Numbered from the stretch's first letter, positions 21,294 through 34,872 are shown. The stretch is 64,000 bases of DNA from Hyaloraphidium curvatum SAG 235-1 (GCA_025558095.1 JAIVFI010000030.1:124001-188000), one strand, 5' to 3'. The notes: generated by a model not told the origin, from the sequence alone. Numbers and translations: made by a program.

Positions 21294-23001
21294 CTAAGCC
21301 CAGCGCCAGCGCCGCCCGGCAGCAACGGTGGCGGTACCGGCCGGAGCGGGGGCCGTGCCGAGGATCGCGGAGGAAACTGCCGACGCAGCGGGGGTTTCGG
21401 TGGCAAGAAGGCTTGCGGTCGTCGCGAGCGCGGCGCTCGCGGTGGAGAGCACGCTCGAAGCCGATTCCATAAAGGTTGTCGGCGACGAAAACACGGTGGT
21501 GGCCGTGGCCGTCGTGGTTCCGTTCGTGCCGGGTGCGGTTCCGTTCGTCCCGTTCGCCGGCGGCATGAGGACCTTGGGGGAGGGAACCGGCGTCAGCGAT
21601 CCGGCGCACATGACCGATCGCAGCTTTCCCACCTTGTCAATGACGTGCACCACACCCCCCTCGGTCAGCACGTCCGTCCGGATCACCCTGGCCCCGCCGA
21701 CGGTGATGTTCCCCAACTTGTTGGTCACCACGAGCGGTTCGCCCAGAAGGGTGTTGAGCGTGGTGTTGCCCGCCGGGATCTCGAACGACATCACCCGGCT
21801 TTCCACGACGTGGTACTTGACGATGCGCTCGATCTCGGTCGGGCCGAGGGTGTCCGCTTCGGCGGCCGCGAGGGCGTCGTTCGAGGGGGCAAAGACGGTG
21901 ATGTTGGAGGCGTTGCCCAGGGCCGCGGCGAGATCGGTGCCGTTGATTGCGGCCGCGAGGGCCGAGGTGCTTTCAAGGAATCCGAGGGTGGCGGCCGTCG
22001 GGTTGGGCGGGTAGAGCACCGAGTTAACGACGTGCACGACGCCGTTGGTGCAGTTCAGGGTGTCGACGACGCCCGCGTTGCCGAGCCCGTAGGTGAGCAG
22101 CAGGGGAGGTTGGCCGCCCTCCGGCTTGGAGGCGAGGAGGACCTGCGGCGATACGAGGGACAGGTTGCTCTCCGTCAGCAGGGTCTCGATCAGCGACCGG
22201 TTGGCGAGATCGGCCGGGTCCAGGGCGACTTTGGCGGTGTGGTACGCGAGCACGAGGGGCAGCAGCGCCCGGATGTTCTCGGGCAGAGTGCCGTTTTGGG
22301 CGCCGACCGAGCTGGCAAAGGTCTCCACGGCTTGATCTGGGGGAACGTTGGGGAGTGAGCGGGTCGTGCGATCGAGGCGCGTTCGAAACGTACCCGTCGG
22401 AGCAAAGAAAGTCACGTTGGGGACGCTGCTCACCGATCCGTTCAGAACGGCGAGGAGCGACGAGTCGTTGGACAGCAGCCTGCTGATCATCGAGAGGGAG
22501 TAGGAAGGCGTCGAGTGCCCCGTGCCGTTGCCTCCGGATCCGGCGATCACCTGGGCGCAGTTACCCACGACCGTGCCGTTCGTGCCGTCGGTCGTGCCGT
22601 CGCCGGGGAGCGGGGTCGCGGATCCCATCGCCGAAGTCGAGGTCGCAGACAACATGTCGGGCGTCGCGGTCGCCGTCCCGAGAAGCGACGAGGCCGACTC
22701 GCTGGCCGTCGCCAGCACCGCAGAAGCGGACGCGGATGCCGTGGCGAGGACCGACGAAGCCGTCGCTGAGGCGCCGGAAAGCAGGCTCGCGCCCGTCGCC
22801 GTGGCCTGGGACGCCTCGGTGGCCTGGCGCCGCAGGCGACGGTTCCACGGCCTGCGCAGGCGGTGCGAAGCTCCGGTCAGAACAGCAGAAAGACGGAGAC
22901 ACCGCGGCGCGGACCCACGTGGCACCGGCCGGTTCGGCTCCGAAGAGCGCGAGCGCGAAAGCCACGGAGGCAAGGCAGGGCAGCAGCGAAACGGTGCGCA
23001 T
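21294..23001 (-). CDS. Secreted fasciclin (FAS1 x2) domain protein with Ser/Thr/Ala-rich flanks
   Basis: Signal peptide MRTVSLLPCLASVAFALALFG; TFFAPT, LAYH, NGVVHVVNSVL; TVFAPSNDAL, VKYHVV, GGVVHVIDKV. Confidence 0.88.
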
Positions 23002-23512
23002 GGCTTTGGAGGTTTTGGAGTCGGATCGGTGATAAAAAGCCGAGACAGGCCGTCCGTAGAGCTCCTTATATACTCTGGCGGGCCATTAGAGGGCTTTTGC
23101 GGCACCGCCCCAGCAAGCGTGTAAGCCCCCATCCTACCGCAACGTGGCCGCTCACGGTCACATGCAAACCTGCAGCAGCAGAAAGCCACCACAAGCCGCA
23201 AGCACTCAGGACGCCTCGACGGTACTGGACGCCACGTCCGCGATCAAGTGCCACTGATCGGTCGCGGATGGGGTCAAACGCGCAAGAGGTCGTCCCGGAA
23301 AGCTCGATTACGCAAATAACACGCCCGATAAAGTCATCGAAAGAATGCCCGCCGGCGGGTTGCCGTCGTGCCGGTACTTGTGACCCGCCGCGACCGAGGC
23401 CGCCAGGGCGCCCGGCCGCCCGCGGGGTCGTTGGAAACCTTTACCTCGCGGCCATGGCTGGCGTGGGAGCCAACGATTAGCGTCCTCCTGGGGCAGGGCA
23501 TTCGGTCGCGAG

Positions 23513-24267
23513 TCAATACCCACCGCAGCAGCAGCACAGGCACGCCAGCAGCGCCGCCATGCAGCCCGCCTGCTCCTCCGCGCTGGGCCCCTGCGGCTGC
23601 GCCGGCTGGCCGGGCGTGACGATGGTCGTCTGCGTGGGGGGGTAGTACCCGCCGGGCTGCTGCGGGTAGCCGGGCTGCTGGGGGTACTGCGGGTAGCCGC
23701 CCTGGCCGGGGGCGGTGCTGTACGCGGGCTGGCTGTAGCCGGGGGCGCTGTAGCTGGTGGGGGCGGGGTACGAGGGCTGCGGTTGCGGCTGGTCTGCGCG
23801 TCGGAAGGGAGGTGCCACGAAAAGATGCGGCACGGGGAAAGTGACATCCAGGAGGAGATGCCGATGTGGGGGGAGCATCGACATCAGCGGTCCGTCCACC
23901 GCGATGGCTGCCCTGCGAACCCACAGCCGGGAGCCTGGTACGCGCCGGCGGTGCCGGGAGCCGTGGCGGCGGGCGGGGCGTAGCTGGGCGCGCTGTACCC
24001 GCCGGCGGGCGCGGCGGGCGGCGGCGGCGGGTACGCCGTGGCGGGGTCGCTGCCCTTGCCGACGTCGGCGTCTGCGGGCAGTCAGCACGGCGGCCCGGCG
24101 ACGATGCGGTCTCAGCACGTACACTGGACGGGCGATGGCCGGGCGGCGGGGCAGGCGAGGGGGCGGCAACGGCGGCGTCAGGCGGGGCGCGGCGGCTCCG
24201 CGGGGCCACGCACGGGGTCCTGGTACACTCCGGCGCCGACGGGCGCGGCCTTGGCCTGGCTGGTCAT
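23513..24267 (-). CDS. CYSTM (Pro/Gln/Tyr-rich, Cys-rich TM module) protein, copy 1
   Basis: PQQPGY repeats and a C-terminal GCMAALLACLCCCCGGY; multi-exon. Confidence 0.75.
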
Positions 24268-24583
24268 CGCCGAGGGCGGGCGGACGGCAGGAAGATGGAA
24301 AGGGGGACCCCTGCCTGCGCCCGGGCGCCCACCAAAAGGATCGGATTCGGCGGCGCTGAGGACACGCAACACGGTGGTACCGGGCCCATCAACGCAGGCA
24401 AAAGCAATCCGCGGGCAGGTTGCCAATGTTCGATGCGTCGCTCTGACGTCCGAATGTCTACGGGACCCCCGCGATCTCCACCCGATCTCGCCGCCTCATC
24501 GCCTGCTCCCACGCGCCCATGTGCAATAAACCGTCCCGCCCGATCCATCAAAGGAGCCTCCGTGCAGCTCCCCGCCCGATGCC

Positions 24584-25257
24584 CTAGGTCAGCGCGTCCA
24601 CTGCAACCACAAGCCAGCGTCAGCACCCCCTCCCCTTCCTTCGCGAACGAACGACGGCACCCACGAGCGCAGCAGCAGCACAGCATCGCCGTCAGCGCCG
24701 CACAGCACCCCCCCGCCGCCTCGGCCGTCCCGTCGCTCTGCTGCTGCACCGGCTGCCCCGGCTGCGTGACGATGACCGTCTGCGGCTGGCCCGGCTGCGC
24801 GTAGTACACGGGCTGGCCGGGGTACGGCTGGGGGTAGCCCTGCTGGGGGTAGCCCTGCTGGGGGTAGCCGTATTGCGGGGGGTATTGCCCGTACTGGGGC
24901 TGGCCGTCTGGAGGCACGTGCCCGTCCGAGGGGGAGAGGAAGGGCATCGGGTCAGTTCCGCCAAAATGTGCCCCCACGCCGCGGAAACGGCGGCACGGCG
25001 AGACCCACATGCCTGCTGCGGCGGCGGGTAGTACTGCTGCTGCCCGTAGGGGTGCTGCGTGGTCTGGATCACGGTTGCCTGCAACGAGCGGTCCAGTGAC
25101 CCGAGAGCGGCGCCGGCGCGAGGCAAAGACCCGTGCGATGCAGAATTGGGACGGAAAGAAAGGCACCGTCAGCCTCCATTCGTGTCCCCGGCACGGCACC
25201 GAGCCCCATGCGGTCCGGGAGGCCCCGGCGCGGGAGGCCGGCGCGGGCACGCACCAT
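24584..25257 (-). CDS. CYSTM protein, copy 2 (first exon is the ATG only)
   Basis: ATG|gtgcgt intron; YPQQG repeats; GGCCAALTAMLCCCCA|LDALT*. Confidence 0.75.
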
Positions 25258-25785
25258 GGCGCTTCGGAAGCTCCCCGCGCGCGCGCGATGGGCTTCAAAG
25301 CACGGCGATGTGGAGAGCCTGCCTGGTGGCGGGCAAGTGGGCTCCGGCACCGATTGTGGGCCGGGGTGGATCGAGTCGGATCGCTGTGCCGGCCAGCGCT
25401 CGGCGGCTCAGCGCCAAACTGCGCAACGCCCCGCGCCGGCCGCGCCCGTTCCAGACCTTTCCGTTATCTCTTCGGACGAAGGGGATCGGATCGGAAACTT
25501 TCATTTGATGGTGCTTCGGCTCCGAATCGTCTCGCATTCAGACTGGCCACGGTTCCGATTCGGATCAGAGGACACGACTCGGCAGTAACTGGGCGGTGGG
25601 CAGCCACGCAATGTCGAGGGCAGAAGCACACATGTCAATCGCAGCTCAAAATGCTACACAGCCGGGCACAATGCCGGTCAGCCTCGACAGCCCGTCCCAA
25701 CGACTCGCCCCCCGGCACCTGGGCATGGGGAGGGACCCGCCCGTCCCCCCGAGCAACCGCGCTCGCGCGCAAATGTCCCATGCGC

Positions 25786-26724
25786 TCAGAGCGCCGCCTC
25801 GGCCTGCTTGGGCGGCGAAGAGGCGGTGGAGAGGGAGGGGGATCGGCGCGACTTCTTGGATTCGTAGTCCTTGATGGCGGACTTGATGGCGTCCTCGGCG
25901 AGCACTGCGCACGGAAATCCATCAGCCGATGCCCGGCGGCGAGGAAGGGAACGGGGAATACGCACTGGAGCAGTGCAGCTTGACGGGCGGCAGCTTCAGC
26001 TCCTTGGCAATGTCCGTGTTCTTGATCGCCGCGGCCTCGTGCAGCCTCAGCCCCTTTATCCTCTCCGTCACGAGCGACGACGACGCGATGGCGCTCCCGC
26101 ATCCGAACGTCTTGAACTTGACGTCACGGATCTCCCCCGTGACCTCGTCCACGTAGATCTGCAGCTTCATCACGTCGCCGCACGCCGGCGCGCCCACGAG
26201 GCCGGTGCCGACGTTGGGGTCGTCTTTGGGGAGCGAGCCGACGTTGCGGGGGCGCTCGTAGTGGTCGATGACCTGCACGGGGGCCGGGGTGTGAGTATGG
26301 ATCACGGGACGGAGATCGGGGTGCCTCCCGCACGGCGGCGGGCCGACGGAAGCATAAAGAGGCCACTCCGCCGTCGCCCGTGGTGCAATGAAGCCGCACG
26401 GACGGCCGGCGGCGGTCCCGCCCGGCGATGTGCGCCGGCCGAAGCTTCCGAGCCCGCGCACCGCTGGCGGTCCCCGCCGTCGTCTGCTGCCCCGACGGAC
26501 CGGAAACGCACCTTCTCGTGGTACGCCCTCTTCTGCGGCGCAACAGCGGTCGGCGCGCGGGCCGACGGCTCGAACGGCCGCTTCAGGCACGTTGCCGACG
26601 GGGCCGGCGCCCGGCGGGAGAGGCAGGTCGAGTACTGGCACGCCGCGGCAGCCGGGGACGCAGAGGCCCCGCGGCGGGCGGCGGCGGCGGTGCAGCGAGA
26701 AGCAGCGGCAGAGAAGGCGTTCAT
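25786..26724 (-). CDS. ISU1: Mitochondrial Fe-S cluster scaffold IscU/Isu1
   Basis: Arg/Ala-rich presequence; YHEK|VIDHYERPRNVGS, GAPACGDVMKLQI, KTFGCGSAIASSS, LPPVKLHCS, LAEDAIKSAI. Confidence 0.95.
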
Positions 26725-26889
26725 TCTGGCCGATTCCGAGTGGAGATGGTTGCCTGTAGCAAGGGCACTTCTGGGCCAGTTGTCGGTTCCGAGGCGAGTT
26801 CAGCCAGGCCGGGCTCAACCACGAAAACTTCTAAGCAGCAGCGCCAGGCGTGCAATCCAGCTGTGTTTGCAAGAAATGTACATTCCGGC

Positions 26890-29800
26890 CTACTGTTCCG
26901 GCCCGGGGATCTCGATATCCCGCCAGCGTCCCGTCCCCGTCCTCCGGCTCTCCTCGATCCGCATCCGGACGTGCGCGACGCTGTTGCCAAAGGCCCGCAG
27001 CGCCTCGTCGCGCACCTTGCCGGTGCCAACCACGCCGCCAGGCGCGGCGGCGCCCATCACATTGTCCCCAAACACGGAGCCGGTCAGTGGACCCGGTGCG
27101 GCGGTGAGCGCCGAGGTAGGGAGCGAGGAGAGCTGGGAGAGGATGGAGGAGATGGATGCGACGAGGTTGGCGATCGTGTGCGGGAAGACCTGTGGACAAT
27201 ATCAAGAAGCGTGTCGTCAGGTTCATCCGACGGCATCCGCGTCCGGCAAAACCCACGGCCTCGTTGCCCTTGGAAAAGAACCACAGGTACCGGTCCAAGA
27301 TATCCACGAGCGCCTCGGCCTTGGCCGCGGGATCGAGCATGATGGCCGCGTGCGCCTCGGCCTTCTGCAGCACTTCCACGCACCGCTTCCCCGCCTCCTT
27401 GGGATCCAGGCTCGGATGCTCCCAGTACAGGAGCGAGGCCAGCGAGAGGCCCTTGCACTGGTCCAGGCGGCGGAGAAGCCGCGCCGCGTGGGTGGTGCAG
27501 CGCTGCGCGAGCACGGTGTAGTTCTCGGCCGAGAGCACAAAGAGGGTGCGGAGGATCTGAATGATGATGGTGAGGGCTTCGAAGGCCTTGCGCGAGTCGG
27601 GTATGGTGTTTTCGAAGATGGAAAGGGCCTGCACGACACCGTCGTCAGAATGTGCAAACGGTTCTGCGAAGCTTCAACACACCTCGGACACAAACTCGTA
27701 CGTCATCTCCTCGTTGCCCGTCTCGGCGCGCGCCCCCTCGTCCTCGACGGGTATGCCGGCCGGCAGGATGTCGGACGCCTGGGCGGCCTGCATCGCCAGG
27801 CGCAGGGCCATGTCGTGCGGGCTCATCAGTCCCTGCGCGAGCTTGGTCCCGGCATCGTCCAGGCTCTCCTTGGTGGTGTTGAACGAGCGGATGGTCTGGT
27901 GGAGCCAGCGGTACAGCGCCTCCAGCGAGTCGGCCGCGACAGCGGCCTGCGAAGCCGAGTCAGAAAATGACGTGTAGTTCGCTGCAGGGAAACCCACCTC
28001 GCCGTCGGCGACCAGCATCTTGTACTTCCTCGCCAGTTTGACCGCCGCATCCACCAGTGCCGGCACCGTGTACCGCAGCCGCAGGTCCCCGCCAGTGCCG
28101 AAGTACTGCCTCGCGGCCGACAGCAGCAGAAACTCCTCGTCAAGCGCCTCGCGCCCGCCGGCCTCCTCGCCCTCGCCGGGCACGAACCGGACCAGGTGCA
28201 CCAGCCGCGCGACCTTGCCCTGCTCCACCCCGACGTCCTCCCAGTCGAGCTTGCCCTTGCCCGGCTCGGGGAGCCGGCCCTCGGTTGACGCCTCGCCGAA
28301 CAGCCCACCGTCCTTCTGGTCGCGCACCATGACGTTGCACAGCTCGCCCAGGACCAGCTGCACCTGTACGGTGGACGCGATCGGCGTCTGGTAGTGGATC
28401 AGCTTGTCCGCCACGGTGTGGGCGATGGTGCGGCGGGTGGCGTAGGGCTGCAGGTTGAGCAGGTCCGTGTAGTGGCCGGCCAGGGACTGCGACCGCGGGG
28501 AAGTCGCCTCGGCCTGCTCGTCCGCGGGCTCCTCCTCCTCGGCGGGCGCCTGCGTCGCGGACGACGGGAACTCGAGAAAGATCATGAGGTTGGAGCCGTA
28601 CGCGTTGACGGGCGCCATCAGAAGCTGCAGCAGCAGGTTGATCGTCCCTGGCGCAGCGAGCTCGGGGCTGTCAAAACCGGTTATTACATGGATGTGGCCA
28701 CACAAGGTCAACATTACCCACCTCCTTGCCGCGACGGCGTTGGCGACGGCGACCTTGCAGAGGCCGACGACCTTGTCCACGTTGTCGACCTTTTCCGGGT
28801 ACGTGTTGAGCGACAAGTCGAGGAGCGACCGCAGCAGGGCGACGACGTCGGCGATCGTGAACTCGGGCCGTTGCTGTGGGAGGAAGGAGATCTTCAGTCA
28901 ACCACAGTTGGCCGACGGGCACCCGCATCTCCCCACCTTGACGAGCTCCGCGATCTGGGTCCAGAACACGTCAAACAGCTTGACGTCGTCCGGCACCCCC
29001 GTCAGCGGCTTCTCCGCAAACTCCTCCTGCAGCTTGGCCACGGCCTCTGGCCCCTCGGTCTGCGCCGACTTGAGCACCTCCTTCCTCCGTGCCTCCTCCT
29101 CCTCCCTGGACCGCGCCGCGTACGCCGCGAACCTGTCCACGAGCGATATCACGATCTGCTTCACGTTGACCTGCCGCTGCAGCTGCGCCGTGGCCGAGAG
29201 GAACTGGTCCAGCGTCCTCAGATGGAGGTCGTCGTGGAACACCTGGATGATGACCTCCATGAGGTACTCCTGCGCGATCACGTCGCGGCACGAGACGATC
29301 TCCTCGAGGATGGCGGGGAGGATGGTGGCCTTGTACACCTCGAGGTCGACCTCGTCGAGCTGGCTGAGGCGGACGAGGTTGGAGCCGACGAGCTGCCGCA
29401 GCTCCTTGCGCTCCTGCTCGCGCTTCTCGCGCTCCTTGCTCGGGCCCTGGTACTGCAGGCGGACCCACAGCTTGTTCATCTCGACGAAGTTCTGCAGGGT
29501 GAAGTGGAGCGAGTCGAGCAGCGTGCCGTGGGGTCTGCCGACACATGGGCGGGGAAAAGTGAGCCCCTCGTCCATCCATCGCCGCGCTTTCGGGCCCACC
29601 CGTCGACGGTCCCCTCGGGCAGGTAATCCCTCGTCATCTGGCTCAGGTACTGCCGCAGAAACAAGCCCCTGGTGGGGTGCTGCACGCCCCTCGACATCTC
29701 GAGCATGTCCCGCATGAGCTCCTTGATCGGCGGCACGTCCTCCTCCCACTTGTCCGCGTCGCCGTTTTCCCCCGCCGGCGCCCCTTCCGCCGCCGGGGCA

Positions 29801-30401
29801 GCCGGCGCGGCCGGCGCCGCGGAACCCGGCCCGGCCTGCTTCGACACGCGCATGTAGACCGACCCCACGGTGATCATCAGGTACAGCCTGGGCACGATGT
29901 TGCCGGCGTACTGCACGAGCTCGTACAGGTCCGAGAGGTGGTGCCGCCGCGCGACGTGCGACTCGTACAGGTACGTGGTCAGGTGCCGGAGCTCGTCGAA
30001 GATGGCCATGTCTGTCCGAGGCGCGTCAGGAATCGCCCCCCGCGGCGGCGGCAGCGGGACGTACACAGCTCGTAGTAGTATTTCGGCGTCAGCGACGACG
30101 TGCGCAGCTCGGCGAGCATGGTCGAGCAGTGCTTGAGCGCGTCCATGAGCCTGTTCCCGTCCTGACGCCCCCGTTAGCCCGGGCACCGCGGTCGGAGGCG
30201 GCGGCGACCCACGAGGCACTTCTTCATGTGGTACGCCTGCACCTTGACCACCTGCATCGCCTCCTCCAGCGCCTTGCCCTGGTCCGCCGCCTCGCCCCCG
30301 AGGTGCGCCGGCGACGCGGGCGCGTCGGCCGCCAGCGCGCCGCCGGACGGCTTGGCGCCACCGCCGAAGGACGACGCGACGGTGCCGATGATGTTGTTCA
30401 T
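26890..30401 (-). CDS. VPS35: Retromer subunit VPS35, multi-exon
   Basis: [73 protein letters not shown]. Confidence 0.96.
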
Positions 30402-30601
30402 GGCGGGCAGGCCCCGGGAGGAGGTGTGCTGGGAACGCGCAAGTCCGCCGCAGCCCGCAACAACGCACTTCCGATCACCCAACTCCCTGCCCAGCTACTA
30501 AAGATCGCACGTCCGATTCATCTCATAACCCATGGCACAACGCTCATGAAATGCAGACCACCTCTCTCCGCCCCCCGCTCCCCTCTCCCCCCTCCACACA
30601 C

Positions 30602-33140
30602 CTAGGTAACCGTCGCCCTGCGATGCAGCTCTAACCCCCGCGCCTTGCCCCCCTTCTCCTCCCCCCCTTCCTCCTCCCAATCCCCCTCCATATCCACGTC
30701 CGCATACTCCCCCTCGCTGTCCTCCAGGCTGCGCTTGAGCGGGTTGCCGGCCTCCCTCGCCGCGGCGGCGAACGCCTCGAACTCCCCCGAATAACGCCGC
30801 GTGGAATCGCTCGCCAGGCTCTCGCGCCACTGCTCGGGGGGCTGCGATGCCGTGGCCGCGGTGTCGATGGAGCGCGACCTGGAGTGCGAGTACAGCATCG
30901 GGTCGTCCCGCTCCGAGTCGGGGGTCTCGTCGGCGTCGTCGGCCAGCTGCGCGCGGATGCGCGCCTCGAGCTTCTTCTTGCGGGAAAAGCGCAGGCCGCA
31001 CGCGTTGCACAGACTTCCGTCGGAACGGGCCCGTCAGAATCTAGCTCACCCGCCGCACCAAACGAAACACGAACCTCTTTGTCCCGCTCGGCCCCCTCCT
31101 CCACTCGGGGCTGTCCGTCGTCCCGCAGATCTCGCACCTCTTGCTCTCGGCGTACGTCTGCCGCGCCAGCTGCGCCTTGTCCGCCTGCTTCCCCGCCGGG
31201 CCGCTGCCCGCCCTCGGCACCTCGGCCGGCTGCACCGGGATGGGCGTCATGGGCAGCGGCAGCCCCGCGAGCGCCTTGGCCCCCACGGGCGCCGACATGC
31301 TCCTCGAATGGCTCACGTACAGCGGCCTCCCTTCGGGCTTGGGCACCGGCGCCGGCGCCAGGAACACGGGGCGGGGCGCCGGCGCGCGGAAGACGTCCGG
31401 GTTGGCGTTGGCGCTCGCGGGCCGCGGCGGGGTGCCCAGCCTTTCCTCCGCAGCGGGCGGCGCGGGCTGCGGGACGAAGAACGCCTGGCCGACGGGGGGA
31501 AAGGCGGCGCCGGGGGAGGCGACGATCTGGTAACCCCCCACCACGCCTCCCGGCGGCAGTATCGCGGCGACGGGGACCTGTTGCTGGGGGTTGGGCTGCC
31601 CGATGACCTGCAGCTGGGGCTGCTGCACCGCCTGCGGGGCAAAGAACACCGCCTGCCCCTGCGGGAGGGCCTGGGGGACGGTCTGCATGTAGATCTGCCC
31701 CGGGACGAGCGGCTGCCCCGGGACGAGGGGCTGTACCAAGGGTTGCTGCTGCACGAGCACGCGCATGCCCGGGGCGGTGGGGATGAATGCCTGGCCGTAT
31801 CCGGGGTCCGGTGCGGGGGAGGCGATCAGTTGGGGAAGGCCGGGGGTGGGGGGGTAGGTCTGCTGCGGGTTGAGGAAGAGGAGCTGCGGTTGCGGGGCCG
31901 CGGCGGGAGGTACGGGTCGGGGTGCGTCGGCGTCGGAATCCATCTCGTGGTTGGGGTCGCGCGCCTCGGAAAAGGTGACGGGGCGCACGGGTGCCGAGAG
32001 GGAAGAAGGCGGCGGTTCGGTGCGCGTGGGCGAGCCCATCGTCGCCTGGGAGTCGGCGGCGAACCGCCTCCCGAGATCGCTCCCCTCGGATCTCCGCCGC
32101 GCGGCGATGGCAATCATCTCCTGCGAACGGGTCCTCCCGACGGGCAGCTCGGGCCCGAACGCAAACATCTCTGGCGCCGGGCTCGCGCTGTCTGCCAGCT
32201 GCCGCGCCCAGTCGAGGTGCTGCTGCTGCGCGGCGGCCTGCTGCCGCAGGATGGCCTGCTGCTCGTGGTGCTGCAGCTCGAGCTGGAGCTGGAGCTGCGC
32301 GGCGGCGTCGAAGGGCTGCTGGGCCATGGTGGCGCGGGGTGTGGTCTCGCCCGAGGAGGAGCCGGCGGGGGAGGCGTCGGACATGACGAGCGAGGTGGGG
32401 CGCGAGCGCGGCGGGGTGGCGGGCGGGTGCGGGCCGGGGAACTGGCCGAAGGGTTGGCCGAAGGGTTGGCCCAACGGTTGGCCCAACGGCTGGCCGGGGA
32501 GGTCCTGCTGGGCGGCCAGCATCTGCAGCTGGTGGCCCGAGAACTCGGCCTGGCCAAAGTGTCCAAAGTCGCCCTGCTGCCCCAGCTGTTGGAGCTGCTG
32601 TAGCACATGCTGCTCCTGTCGGGCCTGCTGGGCGTGGTGCGGCGCGACGCCGGCGAGCACCTCGAGCGCCTGGTGGGCGAGGCGGGCCACGCGCGGGTCC
32701 CCGTCGCCCAGCAGCACCTGGATGCGCGGCAGCACGCGCATGCGCTCCGCGTCGGGCGCGTCGAACATGGCGGCAATGTACAGCGCCTGCGCAAAGCCGA
32801 GCCTTGCGGCGTCGAGCGCGGCAAAGGCGGCGGCGGCCTCGCCGTCCTCCCCGTCCTCCCCGTCGTCCCCGCCCCCGTCCTCCCCGGTGGTCGGGCCCGC
32901 GAGGACGTCGTCGCCGTCGTCTGTCAGCCGCAGCAGGCACGTCGCGACCAGCTGCTGCAGCGCCGTCTCGCCGTCGTGCAGCAGGTTGCGCAGCACGCCG
33001 ACGACGCCGCGCGCCCGCAGCGCGCCCCGCGACCGGCCCGCGTCGAGCAGCGCCGCGATGCGCTGCGCAAACGCCGTGCGGTCGGCGAGCCAGGACTCCA
33101 TGGCGCTGGACAGCGGGGAGAGACCATCGGGAGGCTCCAT
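30602..33140 (-). CDS. GATA-type zinc-finger transcription factor
   Basis: CEICGTTDSPEWRRGPSGTK|SLCNACGLRFSRKKK (C-x2-C-x18-C-x2-C) split by an intron; Gln/Pro-rich middle region. Confidence 0.88.
32443..32496 (-). repeat. 12-bp coding tandem repeat (GQPL/GQPF x4-5) inside the GATA factor
   Basis: Translates as GQPLGQPLGQPFGQPFGQF. Confidence 0.8.
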
Positions 33141-34370
33141 CGGGGAGTCGGGGCCCGGGGAAGGCACCGCTCGGCTGCCCAGCGGTGGCAGACGGCCTGC
33201 CGTGCCGCGCCCGGTGGTGCGCTCCGCCTCGGTCCGCGGGGATCGCAGCGACCGATGCGTAAAGTCGCCTATTGCCGGTCCAAAGAGTCTGGCCCCCGCT
33301 CGCCCACGCCAAGCGCCATTGCCCCCTCCGCCACTAACTCGCGCCGCCCCAACTCAGCAATCTACAGGGACCATCCTCGCACTTGTTCCACCCTCCGGAG
33401 GTCCTTATCGGGGCTGCCGGGCCACCAATCACCCCCCCACGCCCGGCCGACCCACCCACCCGCCCGCCAGCCAGGCACCCCCGCCCGCCTCGGACCCCCG
33501 CCCCGGCCACCTCGCCCCTGCCCACCCCGGCATCCTCCCCCGTTCCCCGATTCGAAATTTCCTCGCTGGCGCGCCCTCCCCCCGCGGAGCAGCCGCAACC
33601 ACCGACCGACGGGATCCCTATCCTCAGCAACGCCAGCGGGGGATGGGGATGCCCGCCCGCCCGCCTCTCCGTACGGTCCCATCCCCGACCCCGCCGTCCG
33701 ATCCGTGCCCCCGCATCCGTCCGATCGTCCGCCCGGGCGCGATGGGGAACCACCGACCCGCACGGGCCCGCGATCGCCGCCCGCTTACCTCCCCTCACCA
33801 AGCAGCGCCCCTCCCCATCCTCCCATCACCTCCCCCCGCCCCCGCATCCGCTCCTCCGCGGTCTTCGGAAGCGCCCGGGACGGTGAGCGGGGGACATACG
33901 TCACCGGCCGCGCAGCACCCCCGCCCGCACGGCCAACCCCCTGACTTCCCGTCCTGACAGGGGGGCGGATCGATCCCCCCGATCCGCCGGACCGCGGGCA
34001 TCTCCCTCCAGCACACGGCCCCGTGCCCGCGCCGCGGGACCGCGCAGTCCCGCGGATGCCGCCCGCCCGCCCACCCGCCTTCCCGGCCCGACCGGCCGCC
34101 CGACACCAAACCACCGCCCCTTGCGCCATCCCCGGCAGCGCCCAATCAGTACAGTGCACAACAGCCCGTTGATTCATACGTACATCCATCACCGTCCGCA
34201 CAGCGGACTCTACTTCGCATGTCCGCCCACGCTTCCGTGCCGTCCGGCGTCTACAGTACACCCTTCCAACGCCCGCGCGGGCAACCAACGATCGCATCCA
34301 AGGAACAAGCAATGTACACCCATCCGTCACTGTGTCCGAGCACATCCGCCCCGGTGGGGAAGGAGGGGGG

Positions 34371-34872
34371 TCACGCCGCGCGGACCTCGCCCCGCGCGGG
34401 CACGACGTCGCCGGCGCCGCCGACGACCGCATCCGGCGGCGGCACGGGGGACGGGGTCCCGGGCCTGCCGGCGTTTTTGGCCGAATCCGGCGGGGGCGTG
34501 GAGGCGTTCGGCATGCTGCACCGCCAGCCCAGGACGAATGAGTAACCCGTCGAACGCCGTGGAAGCGCACCGAGGGGGCACGCACCAGAGCTGCAGCCGC
34601 ATGCTCATCAGGTCCTCGATGTCCTCCCTCGTCAGCGGCGTCACCTTGCCCGCCGTGCGGTCTGCCCGTCCGACCCCGCGTTAGTTACCGGCCGTGCGGG
34701 ACGGCGCCGCCGTTGACGCACCGTAGGTCGCGTCGGAGTACGTGAACCGTATCGACACCTGCGCGCGTCCGGCGGGGAAGCGGGCCATGCGAAGGTCAGA
34801 GGGGAGGAGCGGGGGGGGAGGGCGGGGGAGGGCGATGCCCACCTGGGGGTTGAACTTGACGCGGCGCATCAT
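34371..34872 (-). CDS. Small protein (about 95 aa) with Bni4/spinophilin-like PP1-docking module
   Basis: Spliced model: MMRRVKFNPQ|VSIRFTYSDATY|DRTAGKVTPLTREDIEDLMSMRLQL..., with three GT-AG introns. Confidence 0.6.

Noticed and set aside
7255-33957. Very long alternative or antisense ORFs (e.g. 7255..8934 -, 8919..10556 -, 25871..27970 +, 30631..33312 -, 30801..32603 +, 31870..33957 +)
   Set aside because: These are Arg/Ala/Gly/Pro-rich shadow frames of real GC3-rich genes. Stop codons are rare at this GC content and the frames have no domain motifs.
33200-34300. C-rich strand-skewed region as a coding or structured element
   Set aside because: It is consistent with the low-complexity promoter/5'UTR of the GATA gene. 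G-quadruplex potential is unsurprising at this GC level.
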